Source: Lophium mytilinum (Eukaryota). Taken from it: a DNA stretch of 64,000 nt. Positions 1 through 14,107 of this stretch are shown piece by piece (position 1 is the stretch's first letter; every line of letters begins with the position of its first letter). The notes beneath the pieces were generated by a model. That model ran no database searches. It saw nothing but the letters and a program-made list of their open reading frames with translations, and was not told where the DNA came from. The position numbers and the translations under genes were made by a program. Location of the stretch: the NCBI GenBank assembly GCA_010093605.1, contig MU004190.1:682001-746000 (forward strand). The letters are read 5' to 3'.

Positions 1-1252
1 GACAATCCAGATAATTGGAGAGGTAGCCAACGAGAGATCTTCTTCCCGCCGTTATCCCACGTCTACGCGCTGTACGTGTGCATCACCGGGTGTTTTTGGC
101 TCGGGGCGTACGTTTGTTTGATGCCGAGATTCGATTTGGAGCTGTACTGCCGCCTGATGCAGGATCGCAAGGCGACACTGGCGAGGCTCGTGCCGCCGAT
201 TGCGAAGATGCTGGCGGAGCATCTGGTTGTGAGGAAGTATGAGTATCCGTGTTTGGAGTACTTTTCTTGCTCTGCGGCGCCGTTGACGGTGAGAACTACT
301 TACCAACGGATGTTTAGACGAGAGGATGTCTAACTGTTGTTAGGCTGAGACAGCTGAAAAGCTTTCGCTGGCATTTCCACATGTAGCCCTTTGTCAAAGT
401 TAGTCCGTCCCCAGTGTCTTGCGCTCCAGCTACTGACACAAGTTTGATCCGCAGCTTACGGATGTACCGAACTGTCCGGCCCATGTGTGCAGAGTGGCGT
501 TCGCGACAATACCATGGCTTTAGGAGCAAGTGGAAAGTTAATCGCAAATACAGAGATGAGGTTTCTAGATCTCGATGGTAAGGATGTGGGCGCAAGTGGA
601 CCCGGTGAGATAACTGTCCGAGGTCCAAACGTGTACATGTGAGTACCCATATCTCAATATGAGCCCTGATAGTTGAGATCCTTCCTATGCAGGCAAGGTG
701 CTGACCGATATAGGGGCTACAAAGATGACGAAGCGACGACACAAGAATCGATGATCGACGGAGATTGGTTACGCACTGGCGATCTGGGGTATATCGACAA
801 GAAGGGATTTCTTGTTCTTTACGATCGGCTCAAGGACATTATCAAGTACAAAGGGTGAGCCACTCTTGTTTCCTGCCCGTGTTGTTCAACACGTCGCTAA
901 GACTCCAAGCAGGTTCCAAGTCTCGCCGCTAGAGCTGGAGGATATCGCTCATCGACACCCACTCGTCGATGAAGTTGCTGTGTGCGGAGTATGGAGTGAA
1001 GCTGAAGCCACCGAGCTACCTCGCGCATACGTCGTGCTTAAGCAGGGGGTCGAAACGTCACCGACGCAGCTGTCACGGCATGCAGAATCGATATCGGCCT
1101 TTGTCTCTGGGAAAGTGTCCACGTACAAGCAACTACGCGGTATCGTATTCGTAGATGGCTTACCAAAGAACCCAACTGGAAAGGTGTTGCGGCGAGTACT
1201 TCGAGCGGAGAGGGAAAAGTATGAAACGGGGCCAATTCGCGCGAAGCTTTAG
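1..1252 (+). CDS. 4-coumarate-CoA ligase-like acyl-CoA synthetase (AMP-binding), 5'-partial, multi-exon, PTS1 -AKL
   Basis: Motifs [62 protein letters not shown] across intron-split ORFs; ends GCG AAG CTT TAG. Confidence 0.9.
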
Positions 1253-1400
1253 ACTTAGCGATCATCACAATGGAAGGCATTTTCGCATGTGTAGCGTTTC
1301 TGTGATATATCCATTTGGTGATTTGGTTATTAAACATCCGGTCTCGTGGAAATATCATGATGATGAACTCAAGTCTTATTCATAGTCGATGTTCGTAATC

Positions 1401-3898
1401 TTACGTGTCCCAGTCGCCGTAAGTGTTTGCTAATCCTTGCATGAAGTCCAAGTTTTGACCTGATGTTTCGTGTGGAGAGTGCCGGAAGATGGTATGAGGG
1501 TCAGGCACCATCATTTGCGGTGCTTCCAGGACTGGATGTGACCCAGTCTGGTCCATCATGAGATCCGGCGTATGTATCGAAAAGTTGTTTAAGTTGAAGT
1601 CCATGACTGGTTGATCGTCTTGTTGTGAGAGTTCTTCAATCACTGTGTCGCGGTCTTGTCGCTGAATAGACTCATCTACGACGCGGTCGCGCTCTTGGTT
1701 CATCGAGGCTGTACCTGAGGAGCCAAACATCTCATAGTCGCTTGACGAGATGGCAATTTTGAGAGCCTCGAGAGCATGTTTTGCAGCCTCTATGGTTTCA
1801 GCGAGCTCAACTAACAGTTGGTATGCGCTATGGAAAGACTCCAGAGCTGCAGATCCATCTGTCTGTAACTCTGGATCTTTGAGAAGGTAGGCGAGGTGAT
1901 ATATACACTCAACCAACGCAGTGCTGATGAAGTAGCCGGAAGGTCGAATGCCGGGACAAACACTAGCAAACGCAGCAATGGCTTCGATACTGTCTCGTGC
2001 GAGGACGGCGCAGAATTTCCTCGCTTCTTGGCCACTTTCGCCTGACAAGATAGGATTCTGGCGAATCGTCATGCGGAGTAGATTTATTCTCTATTTAGTC
2101 ATTAGAATGCAATAACACTGAACGAAGGAATCCTGTCTATGACTTACGATGAATATGAACAAGCGTCGTCGTAGTTGAGGCTCCGTCTCACCTTCTGAAG
2201 TATATGTTTCCAGCAAATCCGTGTCCCAAGTCAATTCGGAAGGCAGTTGGCGACGTACGAGAATCACACGAGTGTCTGCTATCTCCACTTCTCGCCAGTC
2301 TGTTCGCTTTGGAGCTGATGCCGCGAAGAAATTATCCCATATTTGACCCCAGAGCTTGGCGAAGTTGATTAAAACCTGGAAGTACGGCTGATGAAGTGCA
2401 ATATGACTTGATGGCTCGCTTAGAGCATCACCTGGTTCGTGTCGTGAGCGCGGATTTGCCAGACTTTGCTCAAAGTCTTCAACTGCGACCTCGATATCTC
2501 GGATGAGATATGGGCTTCCATTGCGTTGCGCAATCCTGCGATCGAAAAAGTATATCGTCCACCACAACTTCTTCCGGGCCGAGATTTCGCTTTCGGGGCA
2601 ATCCCTCCATGCAGCCTGATTATTCAGGCGAGCTTTTATGGCCAACTGGACAGTAGTGCCTATGGCCTGCAATGCAGGCTGGAGTAGTTCTGAGTGCATC
2701 ATATAGAGAGCGCTAAGGAGGTGGTATCGTACCAGATCCAAGGACACGGTTTTGGAAGTGGGGAAATAGTGCATCAGCTTGCGACCCCTTACGTAGATTG
2801 CCCAGCCTGGTCTCACATCGTCTGCCTTAACACGTTGAGGATCCATACAATCGCCCATTGCAAGAATGTTGCATAGAAGCGCTGTGATGGGATGCCGCGG
2901 GAAGTCTATGTCAACGATCAGATTGTAGTCGGAATAACCTAGGCTTTGTAAAGTCTGGAATATTCGAGCTTCTGTATCCGTTTGATCCAGATAAGGGAAA
3001 AAAGAGTCCATGTCGCGAAAATAAATGTCAAGTAGATGTTTCAATCTTGACGGTCGAGGAAGCTCTAGGGGAAAAGTACGGTCAGGATTTGCGGGTGTTG
3101 CCACTGGCCGAGCTTTGGCGGAGCCCGCACTCAGCAGCTCATGCAGTGCGACGAGCTGCGAGGACAGTGATAGGCTGCGGTAGTCATTTCCAGTGAGATC
3201 AAACGTGTCTGTTTCATCCCGCAGCGGTTGCGTAAGGTCCACCAGATACGGCGTCAGATTTGACGCATTGCTGGGCCGCGAGGTGCGTTGCACACTAGAG
3301 AACACATCAACTGGGTCATTATAACATGCTGAAAGATGAATCGAGACTGACCTTGCGTTAGTCTGCTTGGGGTTGGCCTCTGATACACGTCGAACCTCTT
3401 CTTGCAGGAGGGCAAGCCGGTCCTCAAGAGATACGCCGCGAGAGTGAGATTTCGAGTGTCGTCCACTTCGACCATTCGCTTCCGTGGCTGTGCTTCTATA
3501 GCAGGTTACCAAGCTGGGCTATTCTGAGGTCTCATGGGTAAAGTACTTAGATGAATTGCCCGTTCGCTGGCGTTTCCGCCTCCCGTCGTTTTCTGGTTTC
3601 GGCGGGTAGACGCACACAACATCTCTTGCACGACAGTGGAGACAGACGTCTTCGCCGGAGCACTGGGAAAAGGCCATCTAGTCAGAAGGTGCTGCGGGGT
3701 GTGGCATTGATCTGAGGGTACCTTGACCTTCCGTCGCTGGCAATCCTGGCTACAATGAGCTGCTTAGATATGAATGCTCCCATGCAGGACCACGGAGGCT
3801 TACCACGCGCGAGCAATATACTTATTTCGTCGTCGGCCGCTGCCATTGCTGACCTGCTTCTCGGTGCGGTGTGGAGAGGTCGACGGGGATTGTGACAT
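1401..3898 (-). CDS. Zn(II)2Cys6 fungal transcription factor with fungal-specific TF domain
   Basis: Spliced N-terminus MSQSP...RRNKYIARAC|QDCQRRKVK|CSGEDVCLHCRARDVVC; middle homology region RKKLWWTIYFFDR in ORF 2091-3512; C-terminal exon 1401-~2090. Confidence 0.88.
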
Positions 3899-4352
3899 GG
3901 CTATATACACGCGCCTTTCACGCACTTGGGTTGAAGGTGGTCCGGGCAGTTCCAGCAGCTAGAGACGATGAGGGACGTGTCACGTCAATATGGGGTGGTG
4001 ATGGTGGAGCTGGCGAGGAGCGTGGGACGGTGGCAGCAGAAACATGGGCCCCGGGTCATGGAGACACAGTCGGGCCGATTGACCCCAGACAGGATCCTCC
4101 CCCCAGCCCCTAACGCCCCTAACCCCACAGCAAGCGGGCCTATAAACCTGGGGCACAGGGGGAAAGGGGGGGCAAATGTCTCCCGGTTATGACTGCCAGC
4201 CAGCCGGCTTCCCCGCATTTCCAAGGTTTCTATCGCATGCCTTGCACTTGCTCTGAGATGCTCGCTCACATGCTGAAAATCCGTCGTAACGCAGCATCAC
4301 TCAACCACCGCAAACCACGCCCACCCACGCCAACCCACGAAGACTGCATTCT

Positions 4353-6646
4353 ATGACTCCCTCTCTGAACCACGAAGCTGGGGCATCTGCTCCTCGACGC
4401 AAAGTAACCAAGCCAAGCTCGCAGCCGCTCCGCAGAGCTTCTGTAGCCTGTGTGACGTGCCGCGACAGGAGAGTCAAGTGTGACGGCGACTCGGATCCCC
4501 GGGGGAGTGCTGCGAAGCCATGTTCGCAATGCAAGCAGTCAAACAGATCATGCACTTTTCGCTTCGATGACCGTCGAAAAATGTATGCGGAGCCTTTGGA
4601 AAGCCAGAAACCAGTAGACCGACTTATTGATAGCATCGTAGATCTTCGTCCAAGGCATATGTTCAGCAGCTCCAGGAACGCATCGCGGCACTAGAACGGA
4701 AACAGGCCCCATCCGTCGAAAGAAGTTCGAGCGACGCCAGTCCGGGTGCCTACATCCATAATCCTGACGATGAATCTACGTGGGCTTCCATTCCGGACAC
4801 CTTCGTGGATAGCGACGCGTTAGGGGCGCCGGACCAACAATACGATCAAAGCAACTTGTTCCAAATCATCTTGGATCAGCAGTCCATCGCTAGAGACTTT
4901 GGTTTGAAATCGCCCACACCAATTTCATCCGCGATTTGTGGAACGATTCTGCCAATGGCGTCAAAAATGGGGCTGATGAAAGGGACCTTGAGTTCCGACG
5001 AGAATGGTCAATCGCACTACTTTGGCTACACCTCGAATCTGCAAGTCGTGTCGTTTCTGCCGCACTCACCAACCTCAAGCACGACACTACCAACCTACTC
5101 CCAAGACGAGGAGCTTGAGCACCTGGCTGATTCGGAGGCCACCCGGACACATTTGCTGGAGCTATACTTCACATATCACCACCCGGCCGTACCAATTCTA
5201 GACGAGGAAACATTTAGAGAGGGCCACGAAAAAGGCGTAAAGTCGCAGTTCTACTCACTATTCCTGCTCTACGCAATACTGCTGAGATCAATACGACTAA
5301 GCAAAAAGATTGGTATACGAAGTCTTGCCGCGGTATATCTCCACCGAGCAAAGGCGGAGTTGCTTTCTGAGCTGGAGCAGCCTACCATCTCCACAATTCA
5401 GGCACTCTGCATATTTGGCCACTACCTGGGAAGCACTGGAAATGATAGGGCTTGCTGGCTATATCCAGGAATTGCCTTTCGGCTTGTGCATGATTTCGGC
5501 CTCCATCAGGATCCCACCGACCTCGTACGAGAAGGCCAGCTTACGGAGAAGGAAAACAAGGTTCGACACGTGACATTGTGGGGATGCTACACGATAGACA
5601 AACTGTACAGCTCTTTCCATGGCAGGCCAACCGCATTGAGATTTCCTGATATCACTGTCCCTCTTCCTACCTTCGCTACTGTTGGACCCCAGCATCAACT
5701 ACTCTCCTCATGGGTCCAGCTATCCATAATTCTCGATGATATCATCAGCGTCATCAACGGTCCCATAGAGCTCTTGGATCACCCCAGTACATTATCTACT
5801 CTATCCGAGGCGAGTCTAAGACTTCTACAGTTCCTCAAATCATTACCGAGTGAACTAGAATGGAGCGCCAAATCCGAGTTGCCTAGCTCGGGAGTTTGTT
5901 CGCTACATATGCAATTCCTTGCCACCACAATACTCTTACACCGACCTTTTGCTGCCTGTATGCTTGGGTCCGAAGCGTCCAAGAGCAGTCCTAAGCGGCA
6001 ACTGGATGGCTATACTCCTCAAGTCTCTCAACACATATGTACAGTGAACGCCATGCGTATAGCGAGGATGTTGCAAGCCTTCCGTCAACACTACGGGATC
6101 GAGAAGATGTTTTCGACAGTAGTCTATGTGACTATGACCTCGGCGCTGAGTTTAATCACCGAAATCTCAATGGGAGACAGCAACAAAGATAAGAGCGCCG
6201 AGATTGCTTGCGTAAAGATATGTTTCGAAATCCTTGATGACTTGGCACCATCAACTCCGGTAGCGGGACGTAATTATGCGATCCTCAGATCGATCATGGA
6301 GTACTGCGGATGCTCAGACCTGGTTCCACCTCCTACGAACGTCATGCAGGAGACTTCAAGCAATCAGCAACCGAGTAGATCCAGACCGCCACGAGAGAGT
6401 TCGACAGCATCTGACCAACTGTGTCCTCCAGACATCGAGCAGGAGCAGATGAATACCTGGGCAGCTGGGCCTGATGTTCAACCAGACTTCAATACAGGTA
6501 TGGGATATGCAGATTTCAATTTGCCAGACTTTCTATTCCAGCCAATGGGGCCTATGGACCTTGGTCGGTATGGCTCTGATGCGCTCTTTGGGTTAGAGCA
6601 GGGCGCTATATACCCCGATGGATTTCATACAGTCCAAAGCCATTAG
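4353..6646 (+). CDS. Zn(II)2Cys6 fungal transcription factor with fungal-specific TF domain
   Basis: ACVTCRDRRVKCDG..PCSQCKQSNRSC zinc cluster; long exon 4805-6646 with YFGYTS, LLELYF, TLWGCYTIDK..GRP. Confidence 0.9.
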
Positions 6647-6982
6647 TCTTCGTACGCCAATTTGCTACTACCTGATTACTACTGTTTTAAGCATAGCCGG
6701 AATGTAATCTCTGTCATAGCAAGACTGGGTTTGGTCTCAATTACTTGTAATCAATGCGTTACCCAAACAAGCTACCCTAGAAGCTAGCGTTCATCAATCA
6801 CAATACCACCGTAGTAGTGGTGAGTCCGTAAGAACAGACGAGTGACCTAGTCTATATATTCGAGCTACATGAAGCGTAATCATGTAGAGGCCCATACACA
6901 TCATTCAAGATTTCATTCACGGAGTACGAATCATCTCAATCCATGCATCAAAGCAATATTCATTCACACGCTATAAATATCT

Positions 6983-7876
6983 CTACTGGAAGCCTCCGTC
7001 TACGTTGATTGTCTGTGAGTATCAGGTTAGTATTGTATCGCGGACATGAAGGGAGGAGGCCGCTCACGCTGCCAGTGATATATCCCGCGGCGTCGCTCAG
7101 CAAGAAAAGAATCACTTTAGAGACTTCCTCGGGCTGAGCTATGCGCTTCAACGCTGTCCGAGATAGCAAGCGGTCGTGAATTTGCTCTTGACTGCCTAGA
7201 GCTTTCGCAAGAGGGGTATCAATAACGCCACTGCAACGCATCATTAGTAAGATTGCCCCATAACGGACCAGGAGATAAAAGTTGATTTGAGATCGGCTGA
7301 AACTTACGGCGCAACTGCATTAACTCGAACACCTCGAGGCCCGTACTCTTGCGCCGCACACTTGCTCAGCGAGATCACTCCCCATTTCGCCGTCCCATAT
7401 GGAGCATTCCACGGAGTGCCACGCTGGCCCGCAATGCTAGCCGCGTTGACGATGGATCCGTCGTCCTTAATATGTCTTAATTCGGCCTTTATGCTATTCT
7501 TAACGCCAGTCAAGTTTACGCTCATCATCCAGTCCCAGTCCTTATCTTCAATGGTATCGAGGGCGTAGCCCTTGCCGTTGAAGCCCTGCGTGCCAATGAC
7601 TCCGGCCATATTCGCCGCGCCGTCAATGCCTCCAAACTTGTCCGAGGTGGCTTTCACGGCAGCCTCGACGGCGGCGTAGTCTACAACATTGGCTGCGAAT
7701 GCGAGGGCCTTTGCTCCGATTCTTTCCACTTCAGCGAGGACGTCTTCAGGCTTTTGGAGATCTAGGAGCCCGAGGTTTGCGCCTTGCTTTGCTAGCATGA
7801 GCGCTGTGGTTCGACCCTGGCCTGAAGCGGCGCCGGTGATGATGTAGGTCTTGCCTTTGAGATCGCTGTAAGACAT
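6983..7876 (-). CDS. Short-chain dehydrogenase/reductase (classical SDR)
   Basis: MSYSDLKGKTYIITGAASGQG (TGxxxGxG), NAAS, YGTAK (YxxxK), RVNAVAPG, last exon INVDGGFQ*. Confidence 0.92.
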
Positions 7877-8392
7877 GTTTGCTGGTAGATTGGAGGAATA
7901 AAATGTATGATGATTCTTAGAAGGTGCACGATACCATCTCAATATAGCATCTCGTCTGGGGAAGTAACCCCGCAAACGAGATGCAGTGATGACCACGAGT
8001 CCAGGAACGCTAAAACGGAGCTTAGTCTCGATAGCTCGACCGAAGCATCGTAGAATCTCGGAATGGGGTTTTCGGGAGCAGCAACACGCCGGTTTGCGGG
8101 TATGCACAGCTCGGTCGGGGAATTGATTCGGGGCAGCTTGCATGGATGTCGATCATGTTCGTTCCGGAATTTGAACTCCGCCCAGCCCACAACTTTCCCC
8201 AGGAAAGCACAACACCATCGAGCATGCATGGGGAGCTTGTGTAGCTAACCCTAGGATGGAGCTCAAGCTTCTTATTAGTCGTCGTTCTGGCTTAGCCTAT
8301 CGACTTCTCCTTAATAGAGCTCTTGTTCAATCTTTCTCTGGAAGCTTTCATCGCTTGCGTTCTCTCCTACTTCGAAACTACTATCTTCCAAT

Positions 8393-10445
8393 ATGACGGC
8401 CAACGATACCATCAAGGGTCCCAAGAATGAGGCGCCCGTCGCTAATGGGGTTGTCAAAGGGCACCCTGAGGAGCCGGCCTTGAAGCCGATCCAGTCCACA
8501 GCAGCGTACAAGGAAAAGTACCCGAAAGCGTACGAGATGTCTAAGCAGTACTTTGATGCTCCGCGCAAGCTCAAGGTCATAGTTGCGGGGGCTGGATGTA
8601 GTGGTTTGGATCTCGCTCATGCAGTTGAGACGGGCGTACTTAAGAACATCGACCTTAAGATTTACGAAAAGAACGCCGGACTTGGAGGGACATGGTATGA
8701 GAATCGCTACCCTGGCTGCGCATGGTAAGTTCATCATGCAGTATTTCAATGTGAATCAGTGCGGATCAGGCTGACCGTCATACGTCAGCGATATTCCATC
8801 ACATAATTACTTGGTAAGTCGCTCGCGGCGTCTTCGTTGTGCCAACTAGAGCTGACACACCGGCCTAGTTTACCTGGGCACCAAACCCCAACTGGTCTTC
8901 ATTCTATGTCAGCGCGCCGGAGATCTTAGAGTACATGGAAGACGTCGCCGACAAATTCCACCTCCGGAGGTACATCACCCCTCGACGGAAAGTGATCGGA
9001 GCGCGCTGGGTGCAAGAGAAGCAGAAGTGGGAGGTTGTAAGTAGACGCACCGACGGCCGACGAAACGTCGTCTCTGCTCAAGGCGTCACCGCTGGCGAAA
9101 CGGGCGAGGACATCATCGAAGAGTGTGACATTTTCATCAACGCGAGCGGATTCTTCAATGCCTGGCGCTGGCCAAAGGTTGCCAAACGAGAGGATTACGA
9201 GGGTACTCTCGTCCATAGCGCCGACTACAATCCCGCTGTCAACCTGCGCGGAAAGCGCGTCGCTGTCATTGGAAATGGAAGCAGTGGGATCCAGGCTACC
9301 GCCGCCGCTCAGAAACTGGCCTCCCATCTGACAGTCTTTGTCAGGAATCCCACATACATCACCTCCAACATGGGATCGCGGTTCATTCCTCCGGGACAAA
9401 AGCAGCTATACTTCGATGACGAGCAAAAGAAGAAGTGGATCGAAGATCCACAGTCGTATCTACACTACCGGAAAGAAGTCGAGAAAGAACTCAACATCAG
9501 ATTCCCCATGTTCATCCGCGACACTCCCCAGCAAGCGATGGCCAAAGACTTCACCATAAAAGACATGAACGCAAAACTAGCCTCAAAGCCCGAGCTCCAG
9601 GGCCTGCTTGTACCTGATTTCGCAGTTGGATGCCGTCGCCCAACACCCGGCACTGGCTACCTCGAGGCGCTCTGCGCAGACAACTGCGACGTGGTCTGGG
9701 GCGAACTCGACAGCTTCACAAAGACCGGGATAAAGTCTGCCGATGGCAAGGAGAGGGACTTCGATGTTATCATCGCCGCTACAGGCTTCGACATGTCGTT
9801 CATCCCCCGGTGGCCGATCATCGGCGCCAACGGGACCGACCTGCAAAAGGAATGGACCAAGAATCCCGCCTGCTACATGTCAGCTATCGCGGAAGACATG
9901 CCCAACTACTTCGTCTACTTAGGGCCCGGAAGCCCCGTGGGCCACGGTAGTCTAATCACCTCCATCGAACGCATCACCATTTACGTTTGCGACATCATCA
10001 AGAAGCTGCAGAGGGAGAACTACACGTCTTTCAAACTCAAGCCCGGCAAAGCGCTTTCTTACCAGGCTCAGATGTTGACGTGGTTGGACAAGACGGTCTG
10101 GGGTGATTCGTGTCAGAGCTCCTTCAAGAACGGAACGGTGGATGGCGCTCTTCACGCTTTCCATCCCGGATCTCGGCTGCACTACTTCGAATTACTTAAC
10201 CGGCATAGATATGAGGACTTTGACTGGACTAGTGGGTGCCCGGAGCCGGAGCTTGACTTTGCGTGGTTCAATAATGGCTTTTTGGAACATGAGTTGGAGC
10301 CTGATGTGGAGGCTGATCCTACGTAAGATATTCCTAGATCCACTTGTGCTCTTGAGAATGATTGCTGACTTTACTTGATTATAGGTGGTATTTGGACCAG
10401 GATGTGGACACGTTGACGAAGTTTCTTGCTTCGGCGAAGGTGTAG
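8393..10445 (+). CDS. FAD/NAD(P)H-dependent Baeyer-Villiger-type monooxygenase (class B flavoprotein)
   Basis: VAGAGCSG Rossmann motif, GGTWYENRYPGCA(C)D, YEGTLVHSADY fingerprint variant, VIGNGSSG, ATGF; short last exon ends ..SAKV*. Confidence 0.92.
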
Positions 10446-10960
10446 AGCACTAGAGATGTCGTAGTCTTATGCCATAGATGTCAATATATACGCGCAATGC
10501 CTCATGATACTATCAGGGTGTATACTCTACGAATAGTGAACTGATTTGACTTGCGCAAGTTTCTACACGCAAGCTTTCGGGGATCTTATGGACTCTAAAT
10601 ACAGTGCCTTATCAAAACCGAGAAACATTGCGGCGATCCGACCGACACATGAAGCCCCTACCGCCGCGGACAGGCCTAACGATAACCAAGGCTCGAGCCT
10701 TTGAGTCAGGGGTCTAATAGGCGACTCTTATACGGCTGTCCAGACCGGGCGTTAACGATCAGGAAATTTTTTATGGCGTTACTTCCAGATGCTCGGGACC
10801 AGTTTATCAAGCATTCAATCAAGCCACCCAAGAGGCTATTTCCCGCCGTCATAATCCTACCTTTAATATCAATACACCTGCACAAGTACTTTGGAGGACA
10901 ATACGCAGCGGTGAAAGCGATAAGTAAAAACATCATGATCTATAAATCTACACTGCTACA

Positions 10961-12623
10961 CTACAACTTCGCCAACCTCCTCTGGCTCTTCGCAACCATA
11001 TCCATCAAAATCTCCTCACTCCCCCCACTAACCACCAACACCCTCACATCCCTGCTAATCTGCTCGACCCTGCCCCCTCCCCCGCCCCTCGAGTACCCCA
11101 ACCCCCCAAAAATCTGCTGCGCCTCCCTACTAATCTTCTCGAGGTTATGCGCCGCCTGCACCTTCAGCAGCGCCGCCAGCGGCGAGAACTCGAGCGGCGA
11201 CGTGCGCACGGAGCGGTAGACGAGGTTCTCCATGAAGAAATGGACGGGCTCGAGTAGGCCCGTCATTTTGGCGATCTTTTGGCGGATCACTTGGTTGGAG
11301 AAGAGGGGCGCGCCGAAGGTCTCGCGCCGCAGGGCGTGTTTGTAGGAGTCTTCGAGGGCGATGCGGCCAAGGCGGAGGGCGGTGATGCCGACCCAGAGGC
11401 GTTCGTGGGTGAATGCTGTAGAGGCAGACGACGGTTAGTTATTCGTTCGTTGAGTCAAGTACAAGTGAAGGAGAAGGGAGGACTGACTCGACATCACGAT
11501 CTCGAAGCCCTTGTTTTCAGGGCCGATGAGGTTGTCGGCGGGTACCTGGACTTCGTCGAGATCAATGAAGGCGGAGCCTAGGTTGATTAGCAGGGTTTGG
11601 GGATTGAAGGGGGTGGGGATGCAGCGTACCGCTCGAACTGACGCCGGAGTTCTCCATCTTCTTTCTTGTGACGCCGGGCGAGTTTAGGGGGAATATGAAG
11701 ACTGAGATTCCTTTTGCGCCTTTGTTCCCGGTACGCGCTGCGATGAGGCCGTGGCTCGCCCATTGGCCTTGCGTTACCCATTTCTTTTGGCCGCTGAGGG
11801 TGTAGTGCTTTCCGTCTGCGGATTTGGTGGCTGTGGTGGTTAGGCCCGCGACGTCGGAACCAGCTGGGTTTCAATTAGCCTGGGTTCTTTTTCACTTAAT
11901 GGTATAGTCGAAGCTTGTGGTTCATATCTCATATATCAACCTCCAATTGCATGATCTTGAGCGTACTTTGGAGATCTGCGGCGATTGGTACTTCAAAGAA
12001 AGGGGTCATACCATCTGGTTCCGTAATCATGAGACAATGTCTCTGCTCGCCTCTCAAAAGAGGTGCAAGGTACTTCTGCTTCTGCTCTGGCGATGCGTAG
12101 ATTGAAAGAGGAGCTCCTCCGACAGTTGCTCCGCCGTTTATACCCCACACAGTTCCGAGGCACCCACAGCGCGCCATTTCGTCAATGAGCTTCCCTACAT
12201 TAGCACAGTATCATCTGAATCTTCCTAACAGCACTCACAATCGCATCATGAAACTCATCCCATTCCTCCGCATCTATACCTCCAGGCAGTTTCACCCCTT
12301 TCAAATACTCCTTCGGTAGTGGGAATACCGCGGCGGCTAGGAAACCTAGTGATGCATGGCGCTTGAAATTCTAGAACATCGACATATGTGTCAGTGACTG
12401 TCAGGCTAGCTTGAAGGCCCGAAAAATGATAATCCTAGCGTACCTTCTCAGGAACAAACCCCTGCTTTTCCCACTGTTCAACATTCGGCGCTACTTCCGC
12501 GTCTATGTACTCTCTAATAAATTTTTGAAGTTTGCGGTGGCTGTCTTTGTAATAGGGGTGGTGTTTATCGGTATGCCAGGAGGGATCCGCAGAGGGGATG
12601 TTTGAGGTGATGCAGTCAGCCAT
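10961..12623 (-). CDS. Acyl-CoA dehydrogenase, multi-exon, PTS1 -AKL
   Basis: HPYYKDSHRKL, CLMITEPD|AGSDVAGL, GQKKWVT, REAQQIFGGLGYSRGG, VSGGSEEI; ends RRLAKL*. Confidence 0.92.
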
Positions 12624-13038
12624 TGTGGATGTGAGGCAAAGAGAAATGGCGTGGAGATTTGTTTTATGACATTTTGCCTGGTCTTGTTTATTTTGAGTAT
12701 ATGGAACCAAGACGCGAGTAATGCGGCTCGGAGAATCCTGGGCTTTGCTTCGGTAGCAGTGCACTTCCCGAAATCCGACTGGGTTAGTGTGCTGATGGGC
12801 ACTTCTCCGAACATCTAACCGAAATTCGTGGTACGGAAAATGTGATTTTTTTAGAGACTAGAGTAACTTGTGTGAGCAAAAACATTCAGATGAATGACAA
12901 GAGTTGTAACTGATAGACAGTCTAGTGCATTGTCTTTATGAGCAAATCACTGAAATGTGAGGATTGCGAAATCCAAGCAAAACTTAAAGGTGTTCATTTT
13001 CAGAAGACTTGCGGGATACAATACGGAGGTCTAGCTAT

Positions 13039-14107
13039 CTAATACTCTGCCATCTTGCCACCATCCGCCATAACCATAGACCCATGCATATAGCTCGCCA
13101 TAGAGCTGCTCAAGAAAACGCAAATATCTGCAATCTCCTCCGCCACAGCCAGTCTCCCGATTGGAGGATCATCAGCAATCTTTCTTGCTCCAATCTGTGC
13201 CTCCGACTCCTTCAACATAGCAATGCGCTGTAAGAGCATCGGCGTCTCAACGATGCCCGGGCAAACGGCGTTGATGCGAATTCCTTCTTTGCCGTGATCC
13301 ACAGCGAATGCTCTCGTAACTCCAACCACTGCGTGCTTAGAAACGACGTCTAGGGAACGTTAGATGAGCTTGGGGCGGTCCGATCGAGTGGCTTACAAGG
13401 CATGATGTCTGAAAGAGCTGAAAGACCGCAGGTGGATGCGATGTTGATAATGCTCCCCCGCTGCGCTCTGCGCTCTGGATAGCCCTCGATCGTCACCTTG
13501 AAGGCCTGCTCCCGCATCGCTCTAGTCTCTGCTTGAACGCAGAACATGAGACCCCGGGCATTAACGTTATTGACACGGTCGAACTCAGAGATTGGGTAGT
13601 CGGCCGATAGCGAGCGAGCTGTGCAAGTTACCTAAAACGGTTATTCCACTGTGCCTTCAAAGAAAACATTAGGCTTTATTACCCCAGCAACATTCGCCGC
13701 TTCATCAAGAGACATATGATTAGCCTTTGCTACAAGAGATGCAGACGTCCGGGAAATCTCACCATAATCAAGACTGCCAAAAGCTTCCACGGTCTTCTTA
13801 ACCATATTGTCTACCGACGTTTGATCGGAAACATCAGTGACGACCCCTAAGGTTTTGACATTTGGCCACTGCTTCCCGATCAACTGCGCCGTGTTCGCTA
13901 TGCTTGATTCATCTCTGTCTGCTAGAGCTATGTTTTGGCAACCTCCTCGAGCGTAGGCCAGCGCCGTCGCTTGACCAATGCCGGAACCTTCAAAGGTCAG
14001 TAAAATGCACAGGTCTTGTTCGCATCTGAGCAGCAAGAAATCGTACCTGCGCCAGTCACCAATGCTGTACCATTCAATAAAGCCATATTTTTGGCTAGCA
14101 GAGACAT
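13039..14107 (-). CDS. Short-chain dehydrogenase/reductase
   Basis: ALVTGA|GSGIG, IINIAS, YVVSKHAVVG, IRINAVCPG, ADGG; start is ATG 14107 or 14086. Confidence 0.9.

Noticed and set aside
10701..11219. 172-aa plus-strand ORF
   Set aside because: Antisense shadow of the acyl-CoA dehydrogenase 3' end.
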